A DNA stretch of 64,000 nucleotides. Source: Patescibacteria group bacterium (lineage in GTDB: Bacteria > Patescibacteriota > Microgenomatia > Levybacterales > UBA12049). A program made the translations under genes and the position numbers. The notes below the pieces were generated by a model that saw only the letters and a program-made list of their open reading frames with translations, was not told the DNA's origin and did not search any database. Shown piece by piece: positions 49,418 through 61,700 of the stretch. The DNA is taken from contig DASYZL010000006.1 in NCBI GenBank assembly GCA_035946335.1, forward strand, positions 106,594 to 170,593. Reading direction: 5' to 3'. Every line of letters starts with the position of its first letter. Within the stretch, counting starts at the first letter, position 1.

Positions 49418-50077
49418 TCACTGGACCATCACCTGCAGCATTTTATCACCAACCTGAATCTTTTTTACGACATCCATCCCCTGTATTACTTTTCCAAAAA
49501 TAGTATACGCGTGCGGAAGATTTGGGTTATCAGCAAGCATAATAAAAAATTGGCTGCTATTTGTATTCGGGCCGCGATTCGCCATTGCAACAATACCTTC
49601 AAGATACCCTCTCTGGTAACTTGACGCACTTGCATTCAATTCATCATCAAACGTTGGTCCATAAATTGATTCTCCCCCTGTCCCATTACCGTTCGGATCC
49701 CCACCCTGAATGACAAATCCCGGAACAACGCGATGGAATATTAATCCATTATAGTATCCTGCTTTTGCGAGTGTTGCAAAATTTATGACGGTTTTTGGTG
49801 CGTCATTCGGATACAGTTGGATAACAATATCACCCTTTGCTGTATGTATAGTTGCTGCATTTGCACTGATCCGTGGCAAAGTCGTTAAATCAACCGGTGT
49901 AGAGGTAGGAATTGGCGAGGTAGCACTGGTGGGAGTTGCTTGAGAAGTTGTTTGTGGTTGTGAAAGTATATTGGTGTTCTGATCAAGCGGGGAAGTTTTG
50001 GAATTATGAGCGAAAAGTGCAATTGCAGTAAAAATTCCTGCAAGAATAATCATAGAAATGATAAGCACCTTTACCAT
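49418..50077 (-). CDS. ppiB: Membrane-anchored cyclophilin-type peptidyl-prolyl cis-trans isomerase
   Basis: 219 aa; N-terminal TM, Thr/Ser/Pro-rich linker, then the cyclophilin core (FHRVVPGFVIQGGDP...). Confidence 0.85.
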   Translation of the reverse strand: MVKVLIISMIILAGIFTAIALFAHNSKTSPLDQNTNILSQPQTTSQATPTSATSPIPTSTPVDLTTLPRISANAATIHTAKGDIVIQLYPNDAPKTVINFATLAKAGYYNGLIFHRVVPGFVIQGGDPNGNGTGGESIYGPTFDDELNASASSYQRGYLEGIVAMANRGPNTNSSQFFIMLADNPNLPHAYTIFGKVIQGMDVVKKIQVGDKMLQVMVQ

Positions 50078-50155
50078 GAGGATTATTGTAGCAGAGAAAC
50101 ATGAGATTGCAACTCACACATGCATTGATAGAGACTAGAATACGGTAAGAAATTA

Positions 50156-50164
50156 TGGTATACT
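50156..50164 (+). promoter_or_regulatory. Extended -10 TGGTATACT upstream of fusA
   Basis: TGnTATACT about 34 nt upstream of the fusA ATG; leader contains AAAGGGGA. Confidence 0.35.
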
Positions 50165-50197
50165 CTGCTTATTCCCAAAGGGGAATTTTTCTTTGCT

Positions 50198-52309
50198 ATG
50201 GCAGACCAAACACTTAATCGTCATGCAGAACTGGATAAAATCCGCAATATTGGCATTATTGCACACATTGACGCGGGTAAAACCACAACAACCGAGCGCA
50301 TCCTTTATTATACCGGACGAACCTATAAAATCGGCGATATTGATGAAGGTAACACCCAAATGGACTGGATGGAACAGGAGAAAGAACGTGGAATTACTAT
50401 TGTCTCTGCGGCAACAACAACTTTTTGGAAAGACTATCGCATCAATATTATTGATACTCCCGGTCATGTTGATTTCACCGCAGAGGTAGAACGGTCACTT
50501 CGCGTCCTTGACGGTGGCATCACAGTCCTTGACGCAGAAGAGGGAGTACAATCTCAATCAGAGACAGTCTGGCGACAAGCAGACAAGTATAAAGTGCCGA
50601 GAATCTGTTTTGTGAATAAAATGGATAAACTAGGTGCGGATTTTTTTGCGACGGTTAAATCAATTGAGGACCGTCTCGGCGCAAACCCTGCAATCATGGT
50701 AATTCCCATCGGCTCTGAAAATACATACATTGGGAATGTTGATTTACTAACGAGAAAATCCTTTATATGGGGTTCCGATGAGCTTGGCGCGAAGTTTGAT
50801 GTGAAAAATGAAATTCCGCAAGATTTACAGAAAAAGGTTGAAGAATATCGACAAAAACTGGTTGAAAAAATTGCAGAAACGAACGATATATTGTTGGAGA
50901 AGTATTTGGCAGGTGATGAAATTTCTGTGGATGAGTTAAAAAAAGCTCTTCGTGCAGCAGTGATTGCGTATAAACTCGTCCCTATTTATGCCGGTACATC
51001 TTTGAGGAATAAAGGCGTGCAACCCCTTCTTGACGCTGTCGTTGATTATCTTCCTTCACCAGTTGATTTGGGCGAAGTAAGAGGGGAAAATCCAAAAACA
51101 AACGCAGAAGAAATCAGAAAGTTAACCCCTGAGGAAACAATGTGTGGCCTTGCATTTAAGATTCAGATTGATCCGCATGTTGGAAAACTCACCTACTTTC
51201 GCGTATATTCAGGGAAAATGCAAGCAGGATCATATGTATACAACAGCACGAAGCATGTCACTGAACGCATTGGGCGACTGTTACTAATGCATGCGAATAA
51301 CCGTGAGGAAATTAAAGAAGCGTATGCGGGGGAAATTGTTGCACTTGTTGGATTAAAAGATACCATTACCGGGGATACGCTATGTGATGAGGAATCGCCA
51401 ATTGTCCTTGAAAAAATTACCTTCCCTGAACCGGTTATTTCTCTTGCAATTGAACCACAAACAAAAGCAGACCAGGAAAAACTCGGCCTTGCGCTCAAAC
51501 GACTTACCGAAGAAGATCCAACTTTTACCGTAAAAACAAACCACGAAACAAATCAAACTATTATTTCCGGTATCGGCGAATTACAGCTTGAAGTCATGGT
51601 TGACCGGATGAAACGGGAGTTCGGTGTTGTTGCCAATGTCGGTGCACCACAAGTCGCATACAAGGAAACAATCAAGCAATCAGCGCAGGGAGAAGGGAAA
51701 TATATTCGCCAGTCAGGAGGACGGGGGCAATACGGCCATTGTTGGCTACGCTTGGAACCCAAGCCTCGTGGTGAAGGTAATGAATTTGTTAACTCGATCA
51801 AAGGCGGTGTTATTCCTGCAGAATTTATTACCTCTGTGCAAAAAGGAGTCAAAGAAACTGAAGAGAATGGTGTCCTGTTAGGTTACCCTGTCGTTGATGC
51901 GAAAGTATCTTTGTACGATGGGTCATACCATGAAGTTGACTCATCAGACGTTGCATTTAAAATTGCAGCAAGTATGGCATTCCAGGCAGCGGCAAAAAAA
52001 GCAGACCTTACGCTTCTTGAACCGGTAATGAAAGTAGAAGTCACAACGCCGAGTGAATATATGGGAGACATCATTGGTGACTTATCCAGTAAACGTGCGC
52101 AAATTCTTGGTACAGAAGAGCGCGCTCGCGCAACAATTATCAATGCGATGGTACCGCTCGCAGAACTGTCAGGATATGCAACGCAACTTCGCAGCATGTC
52201 ACAAGGAAGAGCAAGTTATTACATGGAACCTTCTCATTACGAGGAAGTACCGAGAAATATCATTGAACAGCTGCTTGCAAAATCTACGTTTACCGGACGG
52301 GTGGAGTAA
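50198..52309 (+). CDS. fusA: Elongation factor G
   Basis: 703 aa; [14 protein letters not shown] and NKMD GTPase motifs and EF-G domains II-V. Confidence 0.95.
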   Translation: MADQTLNRHAELDKIRNIGIIAHIDAGKTTTTERILYYTGRTYKIGDIDEGNTQMDWMEQEKERGITIVSAATTTFWKDYRINIIDTPGHVDFTAEVERSLRVLDGGITVLDAEEGVQSQSETVWRQADKYKVPRICFVNKMDKLGADFFATVKSIEDRLGANPAIMVIPIGSENTYIGNVDLLTRKSFIWGSDELGAKFDVKNEIPQDLQKKVEEYRQKLVEKIAETNDILLEKYLAGDEISVDELKKALRAAVIAYKLVPIYAGTSLRNKGVQPLLDAVVDYLPSPVDLGEVRGENPKTNAEEIRKLTPEETMCGLAFKIQIDPHVGKLTYFRVYSGKMQAGSYVYNSTKHVTERIGRLLLMHANNREEIKEAYAGEIVALVGLKDTITGDTLCDEESPIVLEKITFPEPVISLAIEPQTKADQEKLGLALKRLTEEDPTFTVKTNHETNQTIISGIGELQLEVMVDRMKREFGVVANVGAPQVAYKETIKQSAQGEGKYIRQSGGRGQYGHCWLRLEPKPRGEGNEFVNSIKGGVIPAEFITSVQKGVKETEENGVLLGYPVVDAKVSLYDGSYHEVDSSDVAFKIAASMAFQAAAKKADLTLLEPVMKVEVTTPSEYMGDIIGDLSSKRAQILGTEERARATIINAMVPLAELSGYATQLRSMSQGRASYYMEPSHYEEVPRNIIEQLLAKSTFTGRVE

Positions 52310-52324
52310 ATTCTCTGCATAACC

Positions 52325-52903
52325 ATGAATGTTCAGAAATTCAAAGAGGATATTGTTTTCCAGGAAAATTTAAGAGGATACAACTTCATTTTTCATAGTA
52401 CGTGGGGACTTTTCAGCTATAATGCTATTGATGCGGGAACGCAGCTTCTTATTGATTCCATGCATATTAACCCATCTGATGTTGTGCTGGATTTGGGCTG
52501 CGGATATGGCGCAATCGGTATCGTTGCCGCAAAACTTGCACCACAAGGTCATATTCATATGGTTGATAAAGACTTTGTTGCTGTAGCATATGCAGAAAAA
52601 AACGCGGAAGCAAATAAACTGAAAAATTGCGAAGCGTATTTAAGTAATGGCTTCAGTCATATCGATCCGAAGCGAACGTTTCATGTTATCCTTTCCAATC
52701 TCCCCTCACACATGAGTAAGGAAGTCTTAAGTATTTTTCTCTCTGACGCGAAAGATCATTTAAAAACCGGGGGAATGATTTCCCTTGTCATTGCATCCCG
52801 TCTAAAACATTTCATACAAATTTCACTGCAGGATATCTTTGGCAATTGTGAAATAGTAGCACAGAACAAAACATACATTATGTGCACCGCGATAAAACAA
52901 TAA
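52325..52903 (+). CDS. Class I SAM-dependent methyltransferase, RsmC/RlmG-like (methyltransferase small domain)
   Basis: 192 aa; VLDLGCGYGAIG SAM motif and NLPSH (NPPF-like) motif. Confidence 0.65.
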   Translation: MNVQKFKEDIVFQENLRGYNFIFHSTWGLFSYNAIDAGTQLLIDSMHINPSDVVLDLGCGYGAIGIVAAKLAPQGHIHMVDKDFVAVAYAEKNAEANKLKNCEAYLSNGFSHIDPKRTFHVILSNLPSHMSKEVLSIFLSDAKDHLKTGGMISLVIASRLKHFIQISLQDIFGNCEIVAQNKTYIMCTAIKQ

Positions 52904-53569
52904 TTACTGTAAGGTAACGTGGATTCGTGATTGCAATAGATTTGCCGGTGATCCGAGCTGTGTTTTCATCTGCACCTGATACAAATCGTTCCCGCTTCCC
53001 AGTTGGACCGGTTGCGAAATAAGATACTGCGGACTTGCTCCACCGGAAAAGTACATGTCAGAATACCATACTTCATGTCCTGCGGTAACATCATACAGGC
53101 GTACCCATGCTGTTTCATTTGCCGTTGGAACCTGAATCGAAGCTTCAAAAATAACCTGCTTCAGGTGAGTATAGTTTGCCGGATTAATATACGTTTGTAG
53201 CCCCGCAACATCTGTCCAGTCAGTCGCAGTACTTTGCCCTGAACCAAAAGGAATATAATAATCTTTTGCTAAAATTACTTGCGCTACAACCGGAGTAACG
53301 GCAGAAACCGCCGGCTGTGGTGTACTCGTAGGAACAAATACAACTGTTGGCGTTGGTGTTAGTATCGATGGAGTTGATTGCACAACGTTTTGCATTTGCT
53401 CTAAAAACGGCGCGTTTGGATTTTTCCGAATGAGTTGTTGCGCAAGTAAAACATCTACAAGGATAATATTTATTCCGATTGCAAATTCAATAACACTGAA
53501 AAGCTTTTTCCACCACGGAACAGAGTAATACATAAGGTAAGCGTAACGGAAAAGGGGGAAAAGAGTCAA
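52904..53569 (-). CDS. Hypothetical membrane-anchored surface protein (TM anchor, Pro/Thr-rich linker, C-terminal beta-rich domain)
   Basis: 221 aa; likely start at the internal MYYSVPWWKK...; linker TPTPTVVFVPTSTPQPAVSAVTP. Confidence 0.4.
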   Translation of the reverse strand: MTLFPLFRYAYLMYYSVPWWKKLFSVIEFAIGINIILVDVLLAQQLIRKNPNAPFLEQMQNVVQSTPSILTPTPTVVFVPTSTPQPAVSAVTPVVAQVILAKDYYIPFGSGQSTATDWTDVAGLQTYINPANYTHLKQVIFEASIQVPTANETAWVRLYDVTAGHEVWYSDMYFSGGASPQYLISQPVQLGSGNDLYQVQMKTQLGSPANLLQSRIHVTLQ

Positions 53570-53607
53570 GAAATGCGTTTTCTATATTCCTACTTCTGTC
53601 GCTATTT

Positions 53608-54054
53608 TTACTCCTTTAGGATTCTGTTTACCGGTAAGACTTGTTTTTGCGCTTTAACAAAACAATAAGCATCAAAATAAGATCCGGCATTTTCTCCGAT
53701 AGCATAAATTATTTTTTTCTCCATAAGAGTAGAATCTATGATTTCACCTGTTGGAGAAATTGTTTGCAGTGTCGGCCCAGATGCTAACCACACTCCCCGT
53801 CGATCAGTATCTTGAGGAAATAATACTCGTGCAGTATCTGCAGATAATCTTCTTCCTAAATTCTTTTTAAGACAAGCGTTAAAAGTATCATATACGTTTG
53901 GGTAAAGTTCGCTCTCGCATCTTCGTATTGGGTTCTTAGTATCTTCAGGAGTAACTTGTTCTTGAATTTGTATCGGAGCGTCCGAAGAGACTTCAAAATA
54001 TTCGGAAACATCATTTGACGTAACAAGTAGTACTAAAAAACCTTCTTGGCTCAT
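53608..54054 (-). CDS. Hypothetical protein
   Basis: 148 aa; no TM helix and no recognisable motif. Confidence 0.35.
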   Translation of the reverse strand: MSQEGFLVLLVTSNDVSEYFEVSSDAPIQIQEQVTPEDTKNPIRRCESELYPNVYDTFNACLKKNLGRRLSADTARVLFPQDTDRRGVWLASGPTLQTISPTGEIIDSTLMEKKIIYAIGENAGSYFDAYCFVKAQKQVLPVNRILKE

Positions 54055-54072
54055 GACTAGTGTACCGTAGCT

Positions 54073-54546
54073 TTACCACCTGAAGTGTGCGAATGCTTTA
54101 TTTGCTTCTGCTTGTCTATGCGTATTGTCTCGCTTTTTGGATGCTTCTCCTTTTCCTTCCAGTGCATCTAAAAATTCTGCAGCCAGCTTTCCACTCATCG
54201 CATGATATTCTTTATTTGACCGATTTTTTGCTGCCTCCAAAACCCAGCGGATAGCGAGTGCTGTTTTACGGTCTCCTTTTACTTCAACCGGCACTTGATA
54301 GTTAGCTCCCCCTACCCGTCGCGCTTTAATTTCTACTTTTGGACCAATTGCATCTAACGCCTTCTGAAATGTATCCACTGGATCCATTCCTTTTTTTTCA
54401 AAAGCATCAAGCATGTCATAGACAATTTTTTCTGCAGCCTTTTTTTTACCGTCTATCATCACACAATTGATAAATTTGGCAATCAACGTACTGCCATATA
54501 TTCCGTCTGGCCTGATTAATCGCTTTACTGCTTTCTTGTGTCTCAT
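54073..54546 (-). CDS. rpsG: 30S ribosomal protein S7
   Basis: 157 aa S7 core. Confidence 0.9.
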   Translation of the reverse strand: MRHKKAVKRLIRPDGIYGSTLIAKFINCVMIDGKKKAAEKIVYDMLDAFEKKGMDPVDTFQKALDAIGPKVEIKARRVGGANYQVPVEVKGDRKTALAIRWVLEAAKNRSNKEYHAMSGKLAAEFLDALEGKGEASKKRDNTHRQAEANKAFAHFRW

Positions 54547-54547
54547 A

Positions 54548-54979
54548 TTACTTTACTGCTACTTTTCCTCCTTGCGGCTTTTTTGCGCCATATTTACTCC
54601 GTGATCGCTTCCGTCCTTCTACACCCTGCAAATCAAACTTACCCCGGACAATATGGTACTTTACACCAGCCAAATCTTTTACGCGACCGCCTCTGACAAG
54701 CACAATACCATGTTCTGCCAACGTATGTCCAACACCCTGGATATATGCCGTTACTTCCGCTCTGTTGGATAACTTTACCCTGGCGACTTTTCTCAAGGCT
54801 GAATTTGGCTTCCTTGGCGTCATTGTTTTCACTAAAGTCACAACCCCACGTTTTTGCGGAGACATATCATTTGTGTACACTCTGTCTTTTGCATTATATG
54901 ACTTTCGTAAACCAGTCACGCGGGTTTTTTTAATTTTTTTCTTTCTTCCATTTTTAACAAGTTGTGATAGTGTCGGCAT
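54548..54979 (-). CDS. rpsL: 30S ribosomal protein S12
   Basis: 143 aa; ...[13 protein letters not shown]... and ...GVKYHIVRG... S12 signature. Confidence 0.9.
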   Translation of the reverse strand: MPTLSQLVKNGRKKKIKKTRVTGLRKSYNAKDRVYTNDMSPQKRGVVTLVKTMTPRKPNSALRKVARVKLSNRAEVTAYIQGVGHTLAEHGIVLVRGGRVKDLAGVKYHIVRGKFDLQGVEGRKRSRSKYGAKKPQGGKVAVK

Positions 54980-54996
54980 AGAATTTTGTTGTGTTA

Positions 54997-57900
54997 TTAT
55001 ACCTCTCCCTGCGGTGCCACTGCAAGGGTAGTATCAAGAGGCATTTGCGGAAGTTCTTCCTCATAGATTGGCGTTTCTTTTCCGCTAACTGGAATAAGTC
55101 TTCCGATAATAACATTTTCCTTCAGTCCTACGAGTCTATCTTCCCGCCCTTCCAAAGCAGCGTCAGTTAAGATTTTTGTCGTATCCTGAAATGACGCAGC
55201 AGACAACCAGCTGTCTGAAAAAAGCGCTGCTTTCGTAATACCCAAAATTTGCTGTCGTGCTGTTGCCGGTTCGCCACCCTGGGCAAGCGTCTCTGCATTT
55301 ACTTCTTCGAACCGTGTTGCTGTCACGTAGTCACCGGGAACAAACGGCGTATCGCCGACCGTCTCAATAGCAACTTTGTCAGACATCTTGCGTAAAATTA
55401 TTTCAAAATGCTTATCATTAATGACAATACCTTGTGATTCATATACCTTTTGCGCTTCAGTCAAGATATATTGCTGCGCTGCTTGTACACCCTTTACTTT
55501 AATGAGCTCTTTCGGATCAAGGTAACCATGTGCAAATGGAGTTCCCGCAGTAATTTCCTGTCCGTCTTTTACCCGCAATTCCATAGCCATCGGCACAAAA
55601 TATTCTTGCACCTCAACAGGTTTTATTTTGGTATTTGTCACAGTAATTTTATGTCCATCTTCTGTTGTTGTGATGGCAACTTTCCCGCTAATCTCTGCAA
55701 TTGGGGAGAGATTCTTCGGTGTCCTCATTTCAAACAATTCTTCAACGCGGGGAAGGCCATGTGTCACGTCTTGCATGACAGCACCTGCAACGTATCGGGT
55801 ACGCATAGTGAGCTGCGTTCCTGGTTCTCCAATTGACTGTGCAGCAATGACACCAACCGGAACACCAAAATCAACAGTCCGTTTTGTTGAGAAATCCCAA
55901 CCATAGCAGTTCCGACAAAGTCCGTAGGATAATTTACACGTAAGCGGAGAACGCACTGCTACCGCATCTATGCCTAATTTGACAATTTCCTTTGCTTTTT
56001 CTTCTGTTATCTCTTCTCCAGCTTCCACCAGCTTCTTCTTTGTTTTTTTGTTGGTAATTTTCTCCAAGGCAATTCGTCCGGCAATTCTGTCCATAAATGG
56101 CGTTGTGCGGTTCGGATCATTGGCAGATATGACAACACCCTGGTCAGTACCACAATCAATTTCGCGGATAATGACTTCATGTGCTGCGTCAACAAGTCTT
56201 CGTGTCAAATATCCTGCGTTTGCTGTTTTCAATGCTGAGTCGGTAAATCCTTTTCTTGAACCTCGAGCTGATGCAACATACTCAAAAATAGAAAGCCCTT
56301 CTCTGAAGTTACCCTTGATAGGAAGCTCAACAATTTTTCCCAGCGGATCAAGGATAAGACCGCGCATTGCGGAAAGCTGTTTAAGCTGCTCTTTACCGGC
56401 ACGTGATCCTTCTGAATTAATAACGGTTCGCACAATACTCTTCTCATCCAGATTTTTCCAGGTAAGATCAGCCATTTCGTCGGTCGTTTTGAGCCATACA
56501 TCATTTGAAAGCCGCTTCTTTTCTTCTGCAGTAATAAGGCCTTTTTGATACTCATCTTCAATCTGCGTAATTTTTTTCTCTGCTTGGGCAATCATTTGAT
56601 TTTTTTCAACAATCATTTTGTTATCAAATGCAGAAATAGAAATACCGGAAATGGTTGATCCCCAGAAACCCAGATTCTTAATGGCATCGATGAGATTTGC
56701 CACTTCCTGTGAGGAGTATGACTCAAGTGCTTTAGTAATCAATTTTTTAATTCCCGATGCTTTTACTGCCTCATTAATATAAATCATGCCCTTTAATAAA
56801 ACTTCATTAAATTTCAATCGTCCTGTTGTCGTTTCGACGAGTTCACTTTTTTCAGACAAACGTACCATAATTGGCTCACGGAGGTTGATTTTCTTCATTG
56901 CATAAGCAAGTAATGCGTCATTTGCACTCGCAAAGGTTGGTAGCTCTTTTCGCCGTTTTGCTTCGTCGAGTGTTGTAATGTAATAAATACCCAAAGCCAT
57001 TTCTTTGTTTGGCAATGTAATTGGTGTACCGTCAGCAGGCTTTAAGAGATTTTTTTGTGGCATCATCAGCTCAATTGCTTCTTTCTTTGCTTTTTCAGAA
57101 AGCGGAATATGTACAGCCATTTGATCACCATCAAAATCCGCATTATATCCAGTACATACACAGGGGTGCAGTGCTATTGCCGACCCTTCGATAAGGCGCG
57201 GATAAAACGCTTGGATACCGAGTTTATGCAGTGTTGGCGCACGATTAAGCAGCACCGGATGATCTTTTACGATTTCTTCCAGAATGTCAAAAACTTCTGG
57301 AGAGCGTTTTTCAATAAAGCGTTTTGCACTTTTAATATTTGGCGCATATCCGCGCATGATAACTTCGCGAAGCACAAACGGCTTAAACATTTCCAGAGCC
57401 ATTTCTTTTGGAAGTCCGCATTCGGACAAATTAAGGTTTGGTCCAACAACAATAACTGATCGTCCTGAATAATCTACCCGTTTTCCGAGCAGATTCTGAC
57501 GGAACCTTCCTTGTTTTCCTCGTAGCATGTCAGAAAGAGAGCGAAGCGGAGCTGCAACAGTTTGACTGGTCCGTTGACTTGCATCAATGAGTGCATCGAC
57601 TGATTCCTGCAACATCCGTTTTTCATTTCGCAAAATGATTTCAGGCGCACCTAAAAGAATCAGATGCTTCAAACGATTGTTCCGGTTAATCACGCGGCGA
57701 TACAAATCATTCAAATCGCTTGTTGCAAAACGGCCACCGGAAAGTTGTACCATAGGTCGAAGGTCTGGCGGAATAACCGGCAACACAGATAAAATGAGCG
57801 CATTGGGGTTTACTTGTGCCTTTTTCATCGCCTCAATGAGCCGCAATCGTTTAATGAGTTTCAGATATTTTTGACCGGAAGCCTTTTCCAGTTCTTTGCG

Positions 57901-58782
57901 AAGTTGCGCAATAAGATCATCAAGTATTATCATACTGACCAGTTCAAGAATTGCCTCTGCGCCGGTTTTGATGGTAAAGAATACTGGAATATCGTATTCA
58001 AGAATTTTGAAGTATTCATCTTCTGATAAAACCGATGATACTTTCAAACCTTTCAGCAAATTGTTGAGCGCTGTTCCAATTTCTTCCACTTTCTTTGTCT
58101 CTTCGGCAAACCGTTCTGAGAGACGCGTCAATTTCTGTCGTTTTGCTAATGCTAATTCTTCACCAATAAGTTTTTTTTGCTCAGACCGAACAGAGAGTTC
58201 TTTGGCATCTTCTTTTCTTGAAGCATTATCTTCTTTAATTTTTGCTTCTTCTTTTTCCTTGTCTTCCTTCAGTGCCTGTTTTCGCTCGTCAATACTTTCA
58301 GCAAGTTTCCCAAGTGCTTCCTTCTTCTTTTCTTCATCAATACCAACAACAAGGTACGATGCATAGTAAATAACAGACTCAAGGTTACGCTGGGATATAT
58401 CAAGAATAGTTGAAAGCGGACTTGATGCTCCTTTAAAAAACCAGACGTGCGCAACTGGGGATGATAGCGTAATGTGTCCCATACGTTCTCTCCTCACGCG
58501 AGACAATGTCACTTCAACGCCGCACTTATCGCACGTAATACCTTTATAACGTATCCGCTTGTATTTTCCACAGTAACACTCCCAATCTTTTGTTGGTCCG
58601 AAAATGCGCTCATCGAACAATCCATCTTTTTCAGGACGCAGTGTACGATAGTTAATGGTTTCCGGTTTGGTTACTTCACCATATGACCAATTAAGCATGT
58701 CGTCTTTGTTCGCGAGTAAAATTTTGAGCGATGAAAAGTCAACAAATGTGACGTCTTTCATTTTTTTATCTGTCTGGTTCAT
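54997..58782 (-). CDS. rpoC: DNA-directed RNA polymerase subunit beta'
   Basis: 1261 aa; zinc-binding CxxC...CxxC N-terminus and NADFDGD catalytic motif; 4-nt overlap with rpoB. Confidence 0.95.
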   Translation of the reverse strand: MNQTDKKMKDVTFVDFSSLKILLANKDDMLNWSYGEVTKPETINYRTLRPEKDGLFDERIFGPTKDWECYCGKYKRIRYKGITCDKCGVEVTLSRVRRERMGHITLSSPVAHVWFFKGASSPLSTILDISQRNLESVIYYASYLVVGIDEEKKKEALGKLAESIDERKQALKEDKEKEEAKIKEDNASRKEDAKELSVRSEQKKLIGEELALAKRQKLTRLSERFAEETKKVEEIGTALNNLLKGLKVSSVLSEDEYFKILEYDIPVFFTIKTGAEAILELVSMIILDDLIAQLRKELEKASGQKYLKLIKRLRLIEAMKKAQVNPNALILSVLPVIPPDLRPMVQLSGGRFATSDLNDLYRRVINRNNRLKHLILLGAPEIILRNEKRMLQESVDALIDASQRTSQTVAAPLRSLSDMLRGKQGRFRQNLLGKRVDYSGRSVIVVGPNLNLSECGLPKEMALEMFKPFVLREVIMRGYAPNIKSAKRFIEKRSPEVFDILEEIVKDHPVLLNRAPTLHKLGIQAFYPRLIEGSAIALHPCVCTGYNADFDGDQMAVHIPLSEKAKKEAIELMMPQKNLLKPADGTPITLPNKEMALGIYYITTLDEAKRRKELPTFASANDALLAYAMKKINLREPIMVRLSEKSELVETTTGRLKFNEVLLKGMIYINEAVKASGIKKLITKALESYSSQEVANLIDAIKNLGFWGSTISGISISAFDNKMIVEKNQMIAQAEKKITQIEDEYQKGLITAEEKKRLSNDVWLKTTDEMADLTWKNLDEKSIVRTVINSEGSRAGKEQLKQLSAMRGLILDPLGKIVELPIKGNFREGLSIFEYVASARGSRKGFTDSALKTANAGYLTRRLVDAAHEVIIREIDCGTDQGVVISANDPNRTTPFMDRIAGRIALEKITNKKTKKKLVEAGEEITEEKAKEIVKLGIDAVAVRSPLTCKLSYGLCRNCYGWDFSTKRTVDFGVPVGVIAAQSIGEPGTQLTMRTRYVAGAVMQDVTHGLPRVEELFEMRTPKNLSPIAEISGKVAITTTEDGHKITVTNTKIKPVEVQEYFVPMAMELRVKDGQEITAGTPFAHGYLDPKELIKVKGVQAAQQYILTEAQKVYESQGIVINDKHFEIILRKMSDKVAIETVGDTPFVPGDYVTATRFEEVNAETLAQGGEPATARQQILGITKAALFSDSWLSAASFQDTTKILTDAALEGREDRLVGLKENVIIGRLIPVSGKETPIYEEELPQMPLDTTLAVAPQGEV

Positions 58783-61700
58783 GCTTTTTCCCCTTCTGCG
58801 TTTTGCGGACTTTCATTTTCTCCTATTTCTGCTTTTTCCGCAAGACCTGATGCGATATCCTGTTCTGCAACATTATCTACCCCTAATACCTGCTCCATTT
58901 CTTTTGCGCTTGTTTCTGTTTTTTCTTCTTCACGAAGCTCTTGTGATGTCTCTTTTTTATCTTCTTCAGGAGCAACCTTCGCACCTTGCGGCACAACAGC
59001 AAGCCCAAGTGATTGCAGTTCTTTGACCAGTACCTTAAATGACTCAGGCACTTTTGCTTGCGGGATTTGCGTCCCCTTTACAATGGCTTCAAATGTTTTT
59101 GTTCGTCCAGTGACATCATCAGATTTGTATGTTAACATTTCCTGTAAAATATGCTGTGCACGGTGCGCTTCCAGTGCCCAAACCTCCATCTCTCCAAGAC
59201 GCTGTCCACCCATTTGCGCTTTTCCGCCCAACGGCTGCTGCGTGACCAAAGAGTACGGTCCGGTTGAACGGGCATGCGCTTTGTCTTCAACCATGTGAAT
59301 AAGCTTCATAATGTATTCAATGCCCACAACTACATCATTTTCAAATGGCTCACCTGTTCTCCCGTCGTAGAGCGTTTGTTTTCCTGTGACTGGCAATCCT
59401 GCTTTTTTCAAAAGCTCTATAATCTTTTCTTCCGAAATAGATTCAAAAACCGGTACGGCAATTTTCATGCCCAATTTTCGTGCAGCCCATCCCAAATGTG
59501 CTTCCAGTATCTGTCCTAGGTTCATACGGGCTAATACGGAAATCGGCTGGATAATAATATCAACTGGTGTCCCATCTGCAAGATAGGGCATATCTGCCTC
59601 CGGTAAGATTTTTGAGATAACACCTTTATTTCCGTGTCGTCCTGCCAGCTTGTCACCGACAACAACATGACGAAACTGTGCAACTTCAACAATAATCTTC
59701 CTAATTGTTCCTGCCTCTAATTCGTCACCCTTTTTTCTGTCCAGAGTTTGCACGTTCACAACTGTTCCCCGCTCACCATGTGGCATTCGCAACGATGTAT
59801 CACGTACTTCCCGTGCCTGCTCACCAAAAATTGCCCGTAATAACCGTTCTTCTGCTGTTAATTCTGTCTCGCCTTTTGGAGCGATTTTACCAACGAGAAT
59901 GTCTCCTGGTACAACATTGCTTCCGACAACAACAATGCCATCTTCATCAAGATTTGCTAAGTCTTCTTCGCTTACATTAGGGATGTCCCGCGTTGTTTCT
60001 TCTGGACCTAACTTTGTCTCAACAACTGCTGCTTCGTATTTTTCAATGTGAATACTTGAAAGCAGATCTTCCTTGACAAGTCGCTCTGAAATAACGATAG
60101 CATCTTCGTAACCAAGTCCTTCAAATGAGGTATAGGCAATGACTAAATTTTGCCCAAGGGCAAGCTCACCATTTTCAGAAGCAGGTCCATCAATGAGAAT
60201 ATCTCCTTTTTTCACTTTTTGTCCTGCAACAACTTTTACTCGCTGGGAGTATGCGGTTGAGTTTGACGTTCGCATGAACGATGTTAATTGATAGGATTTT
60301 GTCTCATTTTTCCCTTTAATAACAACTGCTTTTGCATCTGAGTGCGTAATTTCTCCATCAAACGGCGCCTTCACTACGCGTCCCATGACTTGCGCAACAA
60401 CATCCTCCATTCCTGTACCGACAATCGGTGACTCAGGCCGGATGAGAGGTACTGCCTGACACTGCATGTGTGTCCCCATCAACGCCCGGTTTGCTTCATC
60501 ATGAGCAACAAAAGGAATAAGTGAAGCTGCAGTACCAACAACTTGACGGGGACAAATATCAACATAGGAAATTTGTTCTTTGTCTACTTCAAGAAATTCC
60601 CCTTTAAATCGAGCTGGCACACGGGCTGCTGCAATCTCATCTTTCTCATTCAAAACACCCGAGTGAGAGATGTATTCTTTAAATTCGTCTTCTGCGTCCA
60701 GATATACTATTTCGTCAGTCGCAATCATTTTCCTGCCCTGCTTGCTGACTGTACGGTACGGCGATTCCAAAAACCCGTATTCGTTCACCCGTGCGTAAAG
60801 TGCAAGGTAGGTAACAAGACCGATATTCGGACCTTCAGGACTTCTGATTGGATCAATTCTTCCATACTGGGAACTATTAATATCGCGGATGGAAAATGCT
60901 GCACGTTCCCGGCTGATACCACCTGTCCCCATGACAGTAAGACGATTAAGATTGTCTATCTCAGCAAGAGGATTTGTCTGATCAAGAATTGTTGAAAGCT
61001 GTGAAGTCCGGTAAAATTCATTTAATGACGCCATTATAGGACGGGCGTTGATAAGATTACCAAGAGTCACCGGTTGATCAGTCTGCAAAAGCGACATACG
61101 TTCTTTCACACTACGCTCAAGACGAAGAACACCAACACGGAATGCTGTTGATGCAACTAGCTCTCCTACGCTTCGCACCCGGCGATTCGCTAGGCTGTCA
61201 ATATCATCAACATGACCGACACCCTTTGTGAGTCCCATAAGGTAGGAAATTGTTCCGATAACATCTTCCAGAGTTAGGACATGTACATCGGATGGAATAA
61301 ATCCGTCTGAATTTTGGAGTTTTTTATTGATTTTATATCGTCCCACAGCTCCAAGATCATACCTTCTGTTATTAAAGAAAAGTCCGTGAAGTGATTCGCG
61401 AACTTTATCAAGAACAATTGGTTCTCCAGGGTGCATTTTCTTAAAGATTTCAATAAGCGCTTCTATTTCTGTTGTTGTTTCATCCTTTTTAAGCGTATTT
61501 TCAATAAATGATTCGTTACCCGTATCAACTTGGGTAAATTTTTCTTTGATAAGATTGGTGTCTGCAAGACCGATTGCGCGAAGAAATGTGGTAACAGGAA
61601 ATTTCCTCCGCCGGTCAATTTTGACAGTAATGGTCCCATGTCGCGTAGTTGAAAATTCCAGCCAGCTACCATGAACCGGTCGAATTTCTGCATTATACAA

